Shown here piece by piece: positions 34,837-44,163 of a stretch of 64,000 nt of DNA (within the stretch, counting starts at the first letter, position 1; every line of letters starts with the position of its first letter). Location of the stretch: positions 113,838-177,837 of IMG/VR virus record IMGVR_UViG_3300045974_000283, one strand, 5' to 3'. Below the pieces are notes generated by a model. The model did not search any database, had not been told where the DNA came from, and saw only the letters and a program-made list of their open reading frames with translations. Origin of the DNA: a virus. Made by a program: the position numbers and the translations under genes.

Positions 34837-35298
34837 ATGTCGCTCACCGCTGCCCAGATTCTCAAGTCCCTCGCCCGAGTGCCACCCGGCAAAGACGGCG
34901 AGGACCGTTTCGATCGTGCCACCCGCGTGAAGGTAACCGAGCTCAAGCGCGGCAAGGTCAAGACGAACGGCAACATCCGCTTCCTGTGCAAGACCAAGAC
35001 CCCGGAACACGTCAAGGGTCGCCTCATCGTGGAGACTTACGTCACCTCGGTCGAGTTCAAGATGCAGGGCAAGATGGCGGGCAAGTACGTCATTGTCTCC
35101 TGCGGATGCCCGGACTTCTGCTTCATGTGGGAATACAACCTCACGCAGAAGGATGCGTCCATGATCAAGTACGGCAACGGCGAGGCCCCCACGAAGCCGA
35201 TTCCTATCGGCATGTGCAAGCATCTGATCCGCACCTTCGATCAGCTCGTGACAAAGGCTCAAGTCGACTCCAAATTCGTACTCCCGGTGACCACATGA
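34837..35298 (+). CDS. SWIM zinc-finger protein
   Basis: VSCGCPDF...MCKHLI (CxC-xn-CxH). Confidence 0.8.
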   Translation: MSLTAAQILKSLARVPPGKDGEDRFDRATRVKVTELKRGKVKTNGNIRFLCKTKTPEHVKGRLIVETYVTSVEFKMQGKMAGKYVIVSCGCPDFCFMWEYNLTQKDASMIKYGNGEAPTKPIPIGMCKHLIRTFDQLVTKAQVDSKFVLPVTT

Positions 35299-36272
35299 GC
35301 AATAACTACGCACACAGCACCAACTTCGCCGGGATGAAGAATGTCGCAGAGCAGTTCGACTCGAACCTGACCTCCGCACAGTATCTTCAGGCGTTGGACA
35401 GCCTCCTGTTCCGCGCCTACTCGCCGATCATAATGGCGACCAACTCATTCGACGCCCTCGTGGGTCAGCTCATCGGCTGGCAAGAAACTACACGCAAGCG
35501 CAAGGTCTCGTTCCAGCATCGGGACGAGTTCATTCCCATCGCACTGACTTGGCTGTGTCTACCGTCTCGGGAAGAGAAGGCCGCACGGGCTGCGGATCTG
35601 CTGCTGGACCGGGCTGCTCTAGCTGAGTTCGTCGAAACCTTCATAAGCTCGATGGATCGATTCGAGCAGGCGTCCAACCTCCTGCTGACCGACAAGGACG
35701 GCAACCCGTGTTCCATCGATGAGCACATGGCCTTCGCCCACTCCGTCGTGGACTCGTGTGGTGCGCCATCCATAGGTGTTCTGCTAAACGCCATCACCGA
35801 GAGCAAGCTCTACATCAGCCGTTATCACAAGTTCGCGGAAGCCATCATGACGCGGTTCACCCGCCTCTGCCTGATGACTGCTCAGCGCGACTACGTGAAC
35901 GTCTTCGGGCACTCCATTGATTTGAACGACGCTGTCCAGGTCTACATGATGGTGGCCCGCCGCGCCATCGACAAGTGTGACCCGCGCCAAGGCGTCCTCA
36001 CCTCGCACATCCAGTCCTGGCTCAAGTCCGGTCGCTCCATCATCGCCGACCAACAGAAAGGCGACGGCAGCGCCATCACGCTGGATGACACCGAGGAAGA
36101 ACCTTACGAGGGCTCCGAGGCGGAAGCGGTCAGTCGCAGCGAACATTCAAGCCGCGTCAGCGAGATCGCCCGTCTTGTTGACCCCGAAGGCTACGGTCGA
36201 GCTTGGCTCGGCCTGAACGAATCACCAACCTGGATACGCTCACAAATGGAAGCCCTCACCACGCATCAGTAA
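35295..36272 (+). CDS. Phage sigma70-family factor (region 2 present, region 4 not recognisable)
   Basis: TRFTRLCLMTAQRDY...DLNDAVQ...RRAIDKCDPRQGVLTSHIQSWL parallels NLRLV..AKKY...DLIQEG..GL.KAVDKFD..RG..FSTYATWWI. Confidence 0.72.
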   Translation: MSNNYAHSTNFAGMKNVAEQFDSNLTSAQYLQALDSLLFRAYSPIIMATNSFDALVGQLIGWQETTRKRKVSFQHRDEFIPIALTWLCLPSREEKAARAADLLLDRAALAEFVETFISSMDRFEQASNLLLTDKDGNPCSIDEHMAFAHSVVDSCGAPSIGVLLNAITESKLYISRYHKFAEAIMTRFTRLCLMTAQRDYVNVFGHSIDLNDAVQVYMMVARRAIDKCDPRQGVLTSHIQSWLKSGRSIIADQQKGDGSAITLDDTEEEPYEGSEAEAVSRSEHSSRVSEIARLVDPEGYGRAWLGLNESPTWIRSQMEALTTHQ

Positions 36273-36320
36273 ACCTTCACAACCATCACGCGTCCCCTTC
36301 ACACAAACCGAAAGTTCACC

Positions 36321-36986
36321 ATGTCCACCAAGAAAACCAAGGCTCCGGCCAAGGCTGCACCCGCCCCGGCGTCCAAGCCTGTTCTCAAGAACGCACCGAA
36401 GCCCGCTGCGAAAACTGCCGCTCCGGCCGCGAAGCCTGCTCCCGGGGCGAAACCCAAGAAGGTCAATCCTGCTGAGCTGAAGGTCGCCGCCAAGGAACTT
36501 GGTCTGGTGAAGAAAGCCCTCAAGGGTGCAATCGCTGCAACGCCGAAGCCGCCCAAGACGTCCAGACCCTTAAAGCCGATTCTGATCGTTCCGATCTTCC
36601 CGGCTGTCACTGGCCTAGGAATCCTGAAGGTCACGGAAGTCGCCGGTGAGTTCAACAACCGGCTCGAACTTCTGCTGCGCTCCCTGCCGCTGCAACTGGC
36701 CGTCCACTACCGTCAGCGCGCGACGCCGTTCATCGGCTCCGACATGCAGAAGCCCATGACCGGTGTCTACATCGGTTTCCTGGCAAGTCAATCAATTCCC
36801 GCACCCGCTTTCGTCTACTACTCCAGCCAACTCGACCGCTGGTCCTACTTCCACGACACCTGGGACGGTATGCTTTCGGCCATGAACGGCGGCAACGATG
36901 CCCCTGGCCTGCGCCCCGCAAGCAAGAAGGCGATCCCCGATATCTTCTACTGGTCTGGGTTCAACCACGACCCGATGGAAGTCTGA
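36321..36986 (+). CDS. Histone H1-like K/A/P-rich N-terminus fused to a small globular domain
   Basis: First about 80 aa are PAK/AAK repeats. Confidence 0.65.
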   Translation: MSTKKTKAPAKAAPAPASKPVLKNAPKPAAKTAAPAAKPAPGAKPKKVNPAELKVAAKELGLVKKALKGAIAATPKPPKTSRPLKPILIVPIFPAVTGLGILKVTEVAGEFNNRLELLLRSLPLQLAVHYRQRATPFIGSDMQKPMTGVYIGFLASQSIPAPAFVYYSSQLDRWSYFHDTWDGMLSAMNGGNDAPGLRPASKKAIPDIFYWSGFNHDPMEV

Positions 36987-37011
36987 ACTTCACACCCACC
37001 AAGGAACACCC

Positions 37012-37932
37012 ATGCAAGCTCCACTCCCACTGAAAGAGCTCTACGAAGCTCAGGTCGCGCTCAACGCCAAGACCCTCCCGGCCTTCCTGCCCTGCGGCGC
37101 GGCAAAGAAAGTCTTCATCGATGCGCGTGACCAATCTATCCGCCTCCCGGTAGACTTCAAGCAAGCCATGCAGCGCGAGCTCGATGAGCTGGCCGTCGTG
37201 CTGCCCTTCGGCCACTGGAAGGATACCGCCAAGCAGATGCGCGCCATCAGCTTCAACGACTTCCAAAATCTCCTCCTGGAACTGGTGGACATTTTCCACT
37301 TCCTGATGAGCGAGAACTTGGTCGAAGTGGCTTCGGTCTGCAACGACGGTCAACCTGATCTTGACGTGATCGTCAAGCACTCGGTGGCTCGCCACACAGA
37401 GGCCCTCCTGTTCCTGGCACCCCGTGACCCGTCGATCACGACCTTCGCAGACGTCTGGCACAAGGTGAACGAGAACGGCCAGATGAACATCGGCGACTTC
37501 TGCACACTCGCCAACCTGAACACTGAGGTGAGCAGTTTCAGCGCTCGGCTGGCCCCCGGTGCCACGCTCGAATCGGAGCGCGTGATCTACAACTTCCACA
37601 CCCTCCTGAGCATGTTCGGCTTCTCGAACGATGACCTGCTCACGGTCTATCGCGGCAAGGGCGTTCTCAACGAGTTCCGCCAGTGCAACGGCTACCGCGA
37701 CGGCAGCTACATCAAGCAATGGAAGGGCGCTGGAACTTCCACCATCGAGGACAACGTGGTGATGCTCGGCATGATCAGCCGGAGCATTCCGGCCTTCCTG
37801 CCCGATGGTGTCGAGCCCTACGACTTCTCACCCGGCGAACTGTTCATGATGTTGGACGCCGAGTACAAGGCGATGAAGGCTGTCCTGGAGTCGAAGAGCC
37901 GCACCTTCAAAACTTCAGACGCCCACTCTTGA
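37012..37932 (+). CDS. dut: Dimeric all-alpha dUTPase (dUTPase_2 family; possibly dTTP/dCTP active)
   Basis: AMQRELDEL...WK, ELVDIFHF, YRGKGVLNEFRQCNGYRDGSYIKQW..EDN match Campylobacter-type dimeric dUTPase motifs. Confidence 0.85.
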   Translation: MQAPLPLKELYEAQVALNAKTLPAFLPCGAAKKVFIDARDQSIRLPVDFKQAMQRELDELAVVLPFGHWKDTAKQMRAISFNDFQNLLLELVDIFHFLMSENLVEVASVCNDGQPDLDVIVKHSVARHTEALLFLAPRDPSITTFADVWHKVNENGQMNIGDFCTLANLNTEVSSFSARLAPGATLESERVIYNFHTLLSMFGFSNDDLLTVYRGKGVLNEFRQCNGYRDGSYIKQWKGAGTSTIEDNVVMLGMISRSIPAFLPDGVEPYDFSPGELFMMLDAEYKAMKAVLESKSRTFKTSDAHS

Positions 37933-37949
37933 ACTTTCGAGGCCGGGCT

Positions 37950-37955
37950 GTTAAT
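37950..37955 (+). promoter_or_regulatory. GTTAAT putative phage promoter box
   Basis: Intergenic GCTGTTAATG, 39 nt before ATG 37989. Confidence 0.6.
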
Positions 37956-37988
37956 GCACGGCCAACTTCCACAACCCATAGGTGAACT

Positions 37989-38360
37989 ATGCCAACTGAA
38001 CAAGAAATCGAAGCCGAGATTGTGCGCAAGGGCCTCACGGCTCCGCGCATCACCCCGATCTTCATCGACAGTCTCATCGTCAAGGAAGACTACCACGTTT
38101 TCCCCGGCTCCCGAGTGACGGTCTGCGCGTTGTTCCTCAAGAACGGCTACGTCGTCGTCGGCGAAGGCGCGGCTGCGCACTCCGCAAACTTCGATGCTGA
38201 GACCGGCCGTCAAGCTGCTCGCAGAGTCGCTCGCGAGAAGATCTGGCCGCTGGCCGGATACGCCCTGCGCGAGCAGCTGACACAGGCTCACGATCTGGCG
38301 CTCGAAGTCGCGGCCGAGGCACAGGCGGAAGCTGACGCTCAGGCTCAAACAGCTCTCTGA
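37989..38360 (+). CDS. Phage N4 gp49/Sf6 gp66 family protein
   Basis: KGLTAPRITP...VTVCALFLKNGYVVVG...NFDAETGRQAA...IWPLAGYALR. Confidence 0.88.
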   Translation: MPTEQEIEAEIVRKGLTAPRITPIFIDSLIVKEDYHVFPGSRVTVCALFLKNGYVVVGEGAAAHSANFDAETGRQAARRVAREKIWPLAGYALREQLTQAHDLALEVAAEAQAEADAQAQTAL

Positions 38361-38386
38361 ATTTCTCAACACCTTACGAGGTATCA

Positions 38387-39952
38387 ATGGCTACAGCAAC
38401 CAAACGAAAAGCATCTGGCAAGGACTTCGACGACGTCCCGACGAGTGGCTACGGGGACAAGTCCCGCAAGCCCACTGAGCAGGTCCAGATGCTCAACACG
38501 CCTGACGGCAAGTGGACTCTCTTCCGCCCGATCGGCCCCGCTTACAGCTACGCGGGTCACTGGATCACGGTGACGAAGAAGGACGGCAAAATTTCGCAGT
38601 TCTACATGGCCTGCGCGGCATGGGATCCCGAGAGTGTCCAACGGCAAGGCGGCAACGGCGCGGAACACTGCAAGTTCTGCGCACTGGAAGCGTTCTACAA
38701 AGAGAACGACACGCCACGGGACGACCGGAAGTCGCGATTCACGGTGGACCACTACGCGAACGTCATCTCTCGTGTCGAGCAGAAGCGCAAGCCGGAAGAC
38801 GCCTACATCTCCGAGGACGAGGCCGCAACGGGCTTCAAGACTCTAGACTCCGACTCCTGGACCCCGGTGCGCGTCGTGCGCATGACCGACAACGTGGTGC
38901 GGAAGGTCAAGGGCATCCGCGAGCTGAACGTTCATGAAGACCCCGAGACCGGCGACTCGCAAACCTATCCGGCTTCCCACAAGAAGTTTGGCTGTGACAT
39001 TCAGCTGAAGTACACGGCCAAGAATCCGCCTGCAACTCGGTACGAGACCAATCGCGGCAACCCCACACCGCTGAAGAAGTCCGAAGCTGCCTACCTGATC
39101 TGGGACTTGAGCGACCTGACCGACTACCCGACCACGGCCGAGATGGCTGCTGAGTTCGACTCGTGGGCTGCACGGAACCATGTCGTGATCCCCGGCCTGA
39201 CCAAGAAGGTCGCAGGCAAGGGCAAGCCTGCCCCGGTCGATGACGAGGACAGCGAGGACGAAGACGAAGTTCCGAAGGCCAAAGCCAAGCGCAAACCTGC
39301 TCCGGTGGCCGACGAGTTCGATGATGACGGTGAAGATGAGGCTCCGGCTCCCAAGGCAAAAGCCAAGAAGAAGCCTGCGGTCGTTGAAGATGACGACGAG
39401 TTCGGCAATGATGACGACGAAGACGAAGCGCCTCCTCCCAAGGCGAAAAAGCCCGCTCCAAAGCGTCAAGCTGAACCCGAAGACGACTTCGAGGACGATG
39501 ATGACACTCCTCCTCCGAAAGCCAAGGCCAAACCCGCATCCAAGAAACCGGCACCCGTCGAAGACGACGATGACGACTTCGAAGACGATACGCCTGCTCC
39601 GCCCAAGGCCAAGAAGCCCGCTGCGAAGAAACCTCCTGTCGTCGAGGACGACGATGACTTCGAGGAAGAGGACGCTCCGCCTCCGAAGGCCAAGGCGAAG
39701 CCCGGCAAGAAGCCTCCGGTGGTCGAGGATGATGACGATGACTTCGAGGATGACACGCCGACTCCACCCAAGGCCAAGAAGCCCGCTGCCGCTCCTGCCA
39801 AGAAGAAGCCTGCTCCAGTGGAAGACGACGACTTCGAGGAAGAGGACGAGCCGCCTGCCCGCAAGCCTGCGGCGAAAGCCAAGCCTGCGGCTGTCGCGGC
39901 CAAGAAGAAGCCGCGTCCTCCCGTCGACGATGACGATGAGTTCGAAGACTGA
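38387..39952 (+). CDS. ssDNA-binding protein (gp32-like) with long low-complexity tail
   Basis: N-terminal domain with Cys pair (C...CKFC) and a GCDIQLK-type strand; acidic C-terminal tip DDDDEFED; sits directly before RecA. Confidence 0.7.
   Translation: MATATKRKASGKDFDDVPTSGYGDKSRKPTEQVQMLNTPDGKWTLFRPIGPAYSYAGHWITVTKKDGKISQFYMACAAWDPESVQRQGGNGAEHCKFCALEAFYKENDTPRDDRKSRFTVDHYANVISRVEQKRKPEDAYISEDEAATGFKTLDSDSWTPVRVVRMTDNVVRKVKGIRELNVHEDPETGDSQTYPASHKKFGCDIQLKYTAKNPPATRYETNRGNPTPLKKSEAAYLIWDLSDLTDYPTTAEMAAEFDSWAARNHVVIPGLTKKVAGKGKPAPVDDEDSEDEDEVPKAKAKRKPAPVADEFDDDGEDEAPAPKAKAKKKPAVVEDDDEFGNDDDEDEAPPPKAKKPAPKRQAEPEDDFEDDDDTPPPKAKAKPASKKPAPVEDDDDDFEDDTPAPPKAKKPAAKKPPVVEDDDDFEEEDAPPPKAKAKPGKKPPVVEDDDDDFEDDTPTPPKAKKPAAAPAKKKPAPVEDDDFEEEDEPPARKPAAKAKPAAVAAKKKPRPPVDDDDEFED
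39220..39949 (+). repeat. About 9 imperfect coding repeats P-x-KAK(A)K(K)P...VEDDDD(F)
   Basis: Alternating K/P/A and D/E blocks seen in the translation. Confidence 0.9.
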
Positions 39953-39977
39953 CCTCACAGTCCGTTGAATCGCACTG

Positions 39978-40011
39978 AAGGGCCGACCGCTGTGTCGGCC
40001 CTTTTCGTTTC
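39978..40011 (+). terminator. Rho-independent terminator
   Basis: AAGGGCCGAC-CGCTGT-GTCGGCCCTT stem; the T-rich tail reads TTTTCGTTTC. Confidence 0.85.
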
Positions 40012-40027
40012 TACCCCGGAGTTTTAG

Positions 40028-41605
40028 ATGCCCAGACCCAAACAGAAGCTTCTGCTAGACATCAACCAAGAAGAGATGACCAAGAAACGAGCCCGCAAGG
40101 TGGCGCTTGCTGAGGTGGAAGAAGCCGACGAGGACGACGATGAAGAGGTCGAAGTCGCGGACGAGGTCGTCGACCAGACAGGCAAACGCGTTGACCGTTC
40201 CATGGAGATCATGGGTCTGCTTCGCGAGATGGAGAAGGTCGTCCACATCAACGCCGTAAGCTTCGGCGAAGAAACGCGGATGCACACGAGCCTGCTGTGC
40301 CTCGACCTGCTCATCGGTGGAGGCATCGCTCCCGGATGGTACACCTTCTCCGGCCCCGAGCAATCGGCCAAGACGACAGCGGCCATCAGCATCTCAGCGG
40401 CATCAGCTGATCAGGACGTTGACCTGCGCGTACTTTGGGACGCTGAGAACTCTTCTGGTTCCTCCACGGACTACGTCGCTCGCATCTTCTCAACGGTGGG
40501 TTCCAAGCAATCGGTCGACAGCGTCTTCGGCGTTCGCGATGACAAGGGCGTCTACATCGTCCCACCGAAGATCTACTACCGGGATGATCCTGAGGGTGCC
40601 AAGCTGTTCTCGTGGTTGCGTGGAGTACTCACGCGCCTACCAGACAAACGCTTCGAAAACGGCGATTGGTGGTACGTCTATGACGACGCGAAAGACATCA
40701 TGAAGATGAAGGCCAAGTTGAAGGCCCTCGACTACAAGATTGATGTCAAGATGACGGCCCGCAATCCTGGACTGTGGGTGAAAGCCCCGAGTAGTAGTCT
40801 GCAGCTCCTCATCGTGTTGGACTCTCTGCCGTCCCTACTCCCGCCGTCGCAAGAAGACGACGAAGCTGACAACTCACTGGCCGTGATGGCCCGCTTCTTC
40901 TCTAAGGAACTCCCTCGCGTCAAGGGTCTGTTCCGAGCCAAACGCTGTGCGATGGTTGCCATCAATCAGCTCCGCACCAATCCGATGCAACGCTTCGGCA
41001 ACCCAGAAGGTGAGCCCGGAGGCCAAGCGCTAAAGTTCTTTTCTGACGTTCGTCTCAAGTTCTATCCGAACGCTCTGTCGGCGGCTCCCTTTGCACCCAA
41101 GGCGGCTGAGGACGGCAAGGGCAAGTTCGAGTCCGAACCTTCGGTGTGCGGAACCGGCACGGATACCTATCGCTACATCAGCGTCGACACGATCAAGAAC
41201 AAGCTGTCCACTCCGGGTCGCACGAAGACTTGGCTGCGTCTGTGGGTCAGCGACAAGGACGGTCACGGCATGGGCTACGACCCGGTCTTCGACACCTTCT
41301 ACTACCTGCACCAGACTGGTCAGGTCATGGGCAAGCGCTCTGTGATGAAGCTGAACATCCAGGGTCTGGGCGAGGCACCGAAGACGAATACGTGGGCGGA
41401 GTTCAAGCAGATGGTCATCGGCACCGCCGCTCAGAAGAAAGCTGCCTTCGCCAAGATCGGCTACAAGGCGGTTGACTTGCGACGTGGATGTCTGGGTCAA
41501 ATCCGTCGTGGTGTCGGTTCGGAACTACTGCTGGCAAACGCCAAGAAGCTCCTCGCCGCTCCCAAGGAGAAGATCGAACGCACGGCTGACAAAGACGAGG
41601 AGTGA
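40028..41605 (+). CDS. recA: RecA/UvsX-family recombinase
   Basis: LDLLIGGGI, GPEQSAKTT (Walker A), DAENS, IVLDSL (Walker B), INQLR, GGQALKFFSDVR. Confidence 0.93.
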   Translation: MPRPKQKLLLDINQEEMTKKRARKVALAEVEEADEDDDEEVEVADEVVDQTGKRVDRSMEIMGLLREMEKVVHINAVSFGEETRMHTSLLCLDLLIGGGIAPGWYTFSGPEQSAKTTAAISISAASADQDVDLRVLWDAENSSGSSTDYVARIFSTVGSKQSVDSVFGVRDDKGVYIVPPKIYYRDDPEGAKLFSWLRGVLTRLPDKRFENGDWWYVYDDAKDIMKMKAKLKALDYKIDVKMTARNPGLWVKAPSSSLQLLIVLDSLPSLLPPSQEDDEADNSLAVMARFFSKELPRVKGLFRAKRCAMVAINQLRTNPMQRFGNPEGEPGGQALKFFSDVRLKFYPNALSAAPFAPKAAEDGKGKFESEPSVCGTGTDTYRYISVDTIKNKLSTPGRTKTWLRLWVSDKDGHGMGYDPVFDTFYYLHQTGQVMGKRSVMKLNIQGLGEAPKTNTWAEFKQMVIGTAAQKKAAFAKIGYKAVDLRRGCLGQIRRGVGSELLLANAKKLLAAPKEKIERTADKDEE

Positions 41606-41608
41606 CCC

Positions 41609-42664
41609 GTGGGCAAACCCCTGAAAATAGTCGGCATCGGCGATCTGCATCTTGACGGCAAGATGGCTTCGCATGTGCCCGAATACAATCGCGTCTGCAT
41701 AGACGAGGTTCGGGCTATCATCGACACCGAGTACCGCAAGGGCTTTAAGATCTTTGCCCTCCTCGGTGACGTCTTCGACACCGAGGTTCCCAGCACTAAC
41801 GGTGACACGGGCGGCTATCGCCTGCTCGTGAAGCTGTTCACGGAGTTCCACTATGTTTCTTTCCTGGTTATCGGGGGCAACCACGACGTTGACAGTCAAA
41901 GCACAGAGTACTCGCATTCGCTGTCGCTACTGCAAACTCTCGTCGATACGGGATGCCTGCCCAATGTCACTGTCGCCATACGGGATCCTCTTGAGGTCTA
42001 CCAAGAGACCGGGACGCCTGTGCTCCTGCTTCCGTGGCCTCACGAAGAGGCTCGCGAAGGTTCATGCAACCTCATGCACACGGAGTTCGCGGGCTGCACA
42101 AGGGACAACGGGCAGCCGACCAAGGTAAAAACTCCAGTGCCTGAGCACTTCTGTGTCATCGGTCATCTGCACACGGCACAGAACACCCTCGACGTTCACT
42201 GGCCCGGTACGCTGAACCAGAAGAACTTCGGTGAGGGTGTAGACAAGCGATACATGAAGGTCTGGTGGACCGGCGACAAGCGCACCACGAAGGTGGAGTA
42301 CGTTCGCCACGCTCCGTCCTACATCCTGCGCAACGTGGTCATCAACTCTTTGGAGGAGTACGAGGCGTTCGTGGTGGAAGCCAAGGCCGCACCGGAGTCG
42401 ACCCTCTTCAAGGTCTTCGTGAACAGCCGACAGGTCCTACTCCCGGTTAATGCGTTCGCCGGGCTACCTTCCGTGGTCAAGCACAATCACTTCCAGTCCA
42501 AAGCTGAGCTCAACGCGGGTCTCGCGGGCGACCTCCACCTTGAGGACAGCCAGAGGCAACACGTTGACCTCGTTGGTTCGTATCAGGACTGGATGCGTCG
42601 CAACGACGTAGACCCTGCGGTCGGCAGTCGTTCCCTTGAACTCCTCGAATCCTTCATCACATGA
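41609..42664 (+). CDS. sbcD: SbcD/Mre11 (gp47-like) nuclease
   Basis: GDLH, GDVFD, GGNHD, MHTE, GHLHTAQ. Confidence 0.9.
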   Translation: MGKPLKIVGIGDLHLDGKMASHVPEYNRVCIDEVRAIIDTEYRKGFKIFALLGDVFDTEVPSTNGDTGGYRLLVKLFTEFHYVSFLVIGGNHDVDSQSTEYSHSLSLLQTLVDTGCLPNVTVAIRDPLEVYQETGTPVLLLPWPHEEAREGSCNLMHTEFAGCTRDNGQPTKVKTPVPEHFCVIGHLHTAQNTLDVHWPGTLNQKNFGEGVDKRYMKVWWTGDKRTTKVEYVRHAPSYILRNVVINSLEEYEAFVVEAKAAPESTLFKVFVNSRQVLLPVNAFAGLPSVVKHNHFQSKAELNAGLAGDLHLEDSQRQHVDLVGSYQDWMRRNDVDPAVGSRSLELLESFIT

Positions 42665-43752
42665 CACAGACCGCCCTTCACCTAAAGTACCGACCCAAGA
42701 CCCTCGACCAAGTCATAGGCCACGCCAAGGCGGTCCGCGCGATGACGAGCGCCGTCGAGACCGGGAAGTGGCCCTCGGCGGTGGCCTTCTTCGGCCCTCC
42801 ATCAGCAGGCAAGACGACGCTGGCCTACGCCCTCGGCTGCTCGGCCTTCGGGGCCACGACCGTCGAGAACAACTCGCACCCCGCGTTCACCGAGGTCGTT
42901 GGCACCGACAGCAAGACCATCGACGATGTCCGTGCGCTGATCGCCCTGTCGAAGACCCGACCCATGCGAGGCAACCGTCGGTTCATCCTGATCGACGAGG
43001 CGCACGGTCTGCTCTCCAACGCTCAGGCCGCTGGAGCACTGCTCGGTGCGCTGGAACGACCCCCGGCTTCCACGACCTGGATTCTGTGCTCGATGGAACC
43101 GGACAAGTTCCGCGGCTCCACGGTGGGCAACGCCATGCTTTCCCGCCTGACGAAGTTCAACCTGAGCAAGCCGACAGAAGCCGACCTGATGGCTCAGGCG
43201 ATGCGTATCGCCAAGGGCGAGAAGATGGCGAAGTTCTTGGACAAGGCGGTCCTTGCTCAGGTGGTCCAGGCCAGCGAGGGCATGATGCGCGAGGTTGCGA
43301 ACCTGCTGCAATGCCTGCAACTGGAGTCGTCCTCGCTGGAGCCCGGCACTAAGTTCACGGCGGCGGACGTATCCGGAGTCCTCAGCTCCGCAACGTCGGC
43401 CGACCAAGACGAGACCATCGCAGCGTTCCTCACAGCGGTCTACGCGGGTCAGCTCAGTACGGCGGCGACACACGCCCTGAACGTGACCGAAGGGTTCCGC
43501 TTCATCAACGCCATGCTGCAAGCGCACTGGACGGCGATGAACATCCGCTTCATGAACGGCGAGCGCCATCCGCGTCTTCAGGTGTACGGTGCGGCCAAGA
43601 CCCTCACGGCTTTCCTCATGGCGACCAAGCCTGCTTCGGCCGTCATGCTGAAAATTCACCACGAGCTCTGCGAGCTGAAAGCGCGTTCGCAAGCCTTCGC
43701 GGTGCCTGAGCAGTTCCTCTTCACCGACTTCCTCTATCGGGTGGCAGCATGA
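42661..43752 (+). CDS. Clamp-loader AAA+ subunit (DnaX/RFC-like)
   Basis: LHLKYRPKTLDQVIGH, GPPSAGKTT, IDEAH, ALERPP, LSR, MREVANLL. Confidence 0.9.
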   Translation: MTQTALHLKYRPKTLDQVIGHAKAVRAMTSAVETGKWPSAVAFFGPPSAGKTTLAYALGCSAFGATTVENNSHPAFTEVVGTDSKTIDDVRALIALSKTRPMRGNRRFILIDEAHGLLSNAQAAGALLGALERPPASTTWILCSMEPDKFRGSTVGNAMLSRLTKFNLSKPTEADLMAQAMRIAKGEKMAKFLDKAVLAQVVQASEGMMREVANLLQCLQLESSSLEPGTKFTAADVSGVLSSATSADQDETIAAFLTAVYAGQLSTAATHALNVTEGFRFINAMLQAHWTAMNIRFMNGERHPRLQVYGAAKTLTAFLMATKPASAVMLKIHHELCELKARSQAFAVPEQFLFTDFLYRVAA

Positions 43753-44162
43753 TCAGCAAACCTCCAACCGTTCAAGAACTCCTCAGTCAGACAGCTGGAG
43801 TTGCGACATGCCTCGTTTGCGGAAAGAACCGCCGCCTTGACCAACCTGAGAATATGTGCGGCTGCACTATCTCGCGGCCCAAGCCAGCGGGACTCGCTCC
43901 GGGCGACATGGCCGACTTCTGGCACGAAGGCTCTCAGCGCTACTACCGGGCGAGGGTGGACCGCGAGCTGACCGAAGAGGAAGTTCACGGGCATCCCTTG
44001 GAACAAGAGCCGGACTACACGTTCACCGTGACTCACAACGTATCGTTCATCTCTGACAAGTACGTTCCAGACCCGGCTGCTCAGTGCTCCTGCGGCGAGG
44101 CGCATCGGGGTGGAGCTATCGCATGGTTCTGCCTGAAGCACGGCAACACGAAGGTGGACTGA
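43749..44162 (+). CDS. Cys-rich hypothetical protein
   Basis: CLVCG, CGC and CSCG motifs. Confidence 0.6.
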   Translation: MISKPPTVQELLSQTAGVATCLVCGKNRRLDQPENMCGCTISRPKPAGLAPGDMADFWHEGSQRYYRARVDRELTEEEVHGHPLEQEPDYTFTVTHNVSFISDKYVPDPAAQCSCGEAHRGGAIAWFCLKHGNTKVD

Positions 44163-44163
44163 C

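Noticed and set aside
40367-40380. RecA Walker A variant (GPEQSAKT instead of G-x4-GKT) as a sign of inactivation
   Set aside because: Lys-Thr and all other RecA motifs are intact, and phage UvsX proteins also vary at this position.
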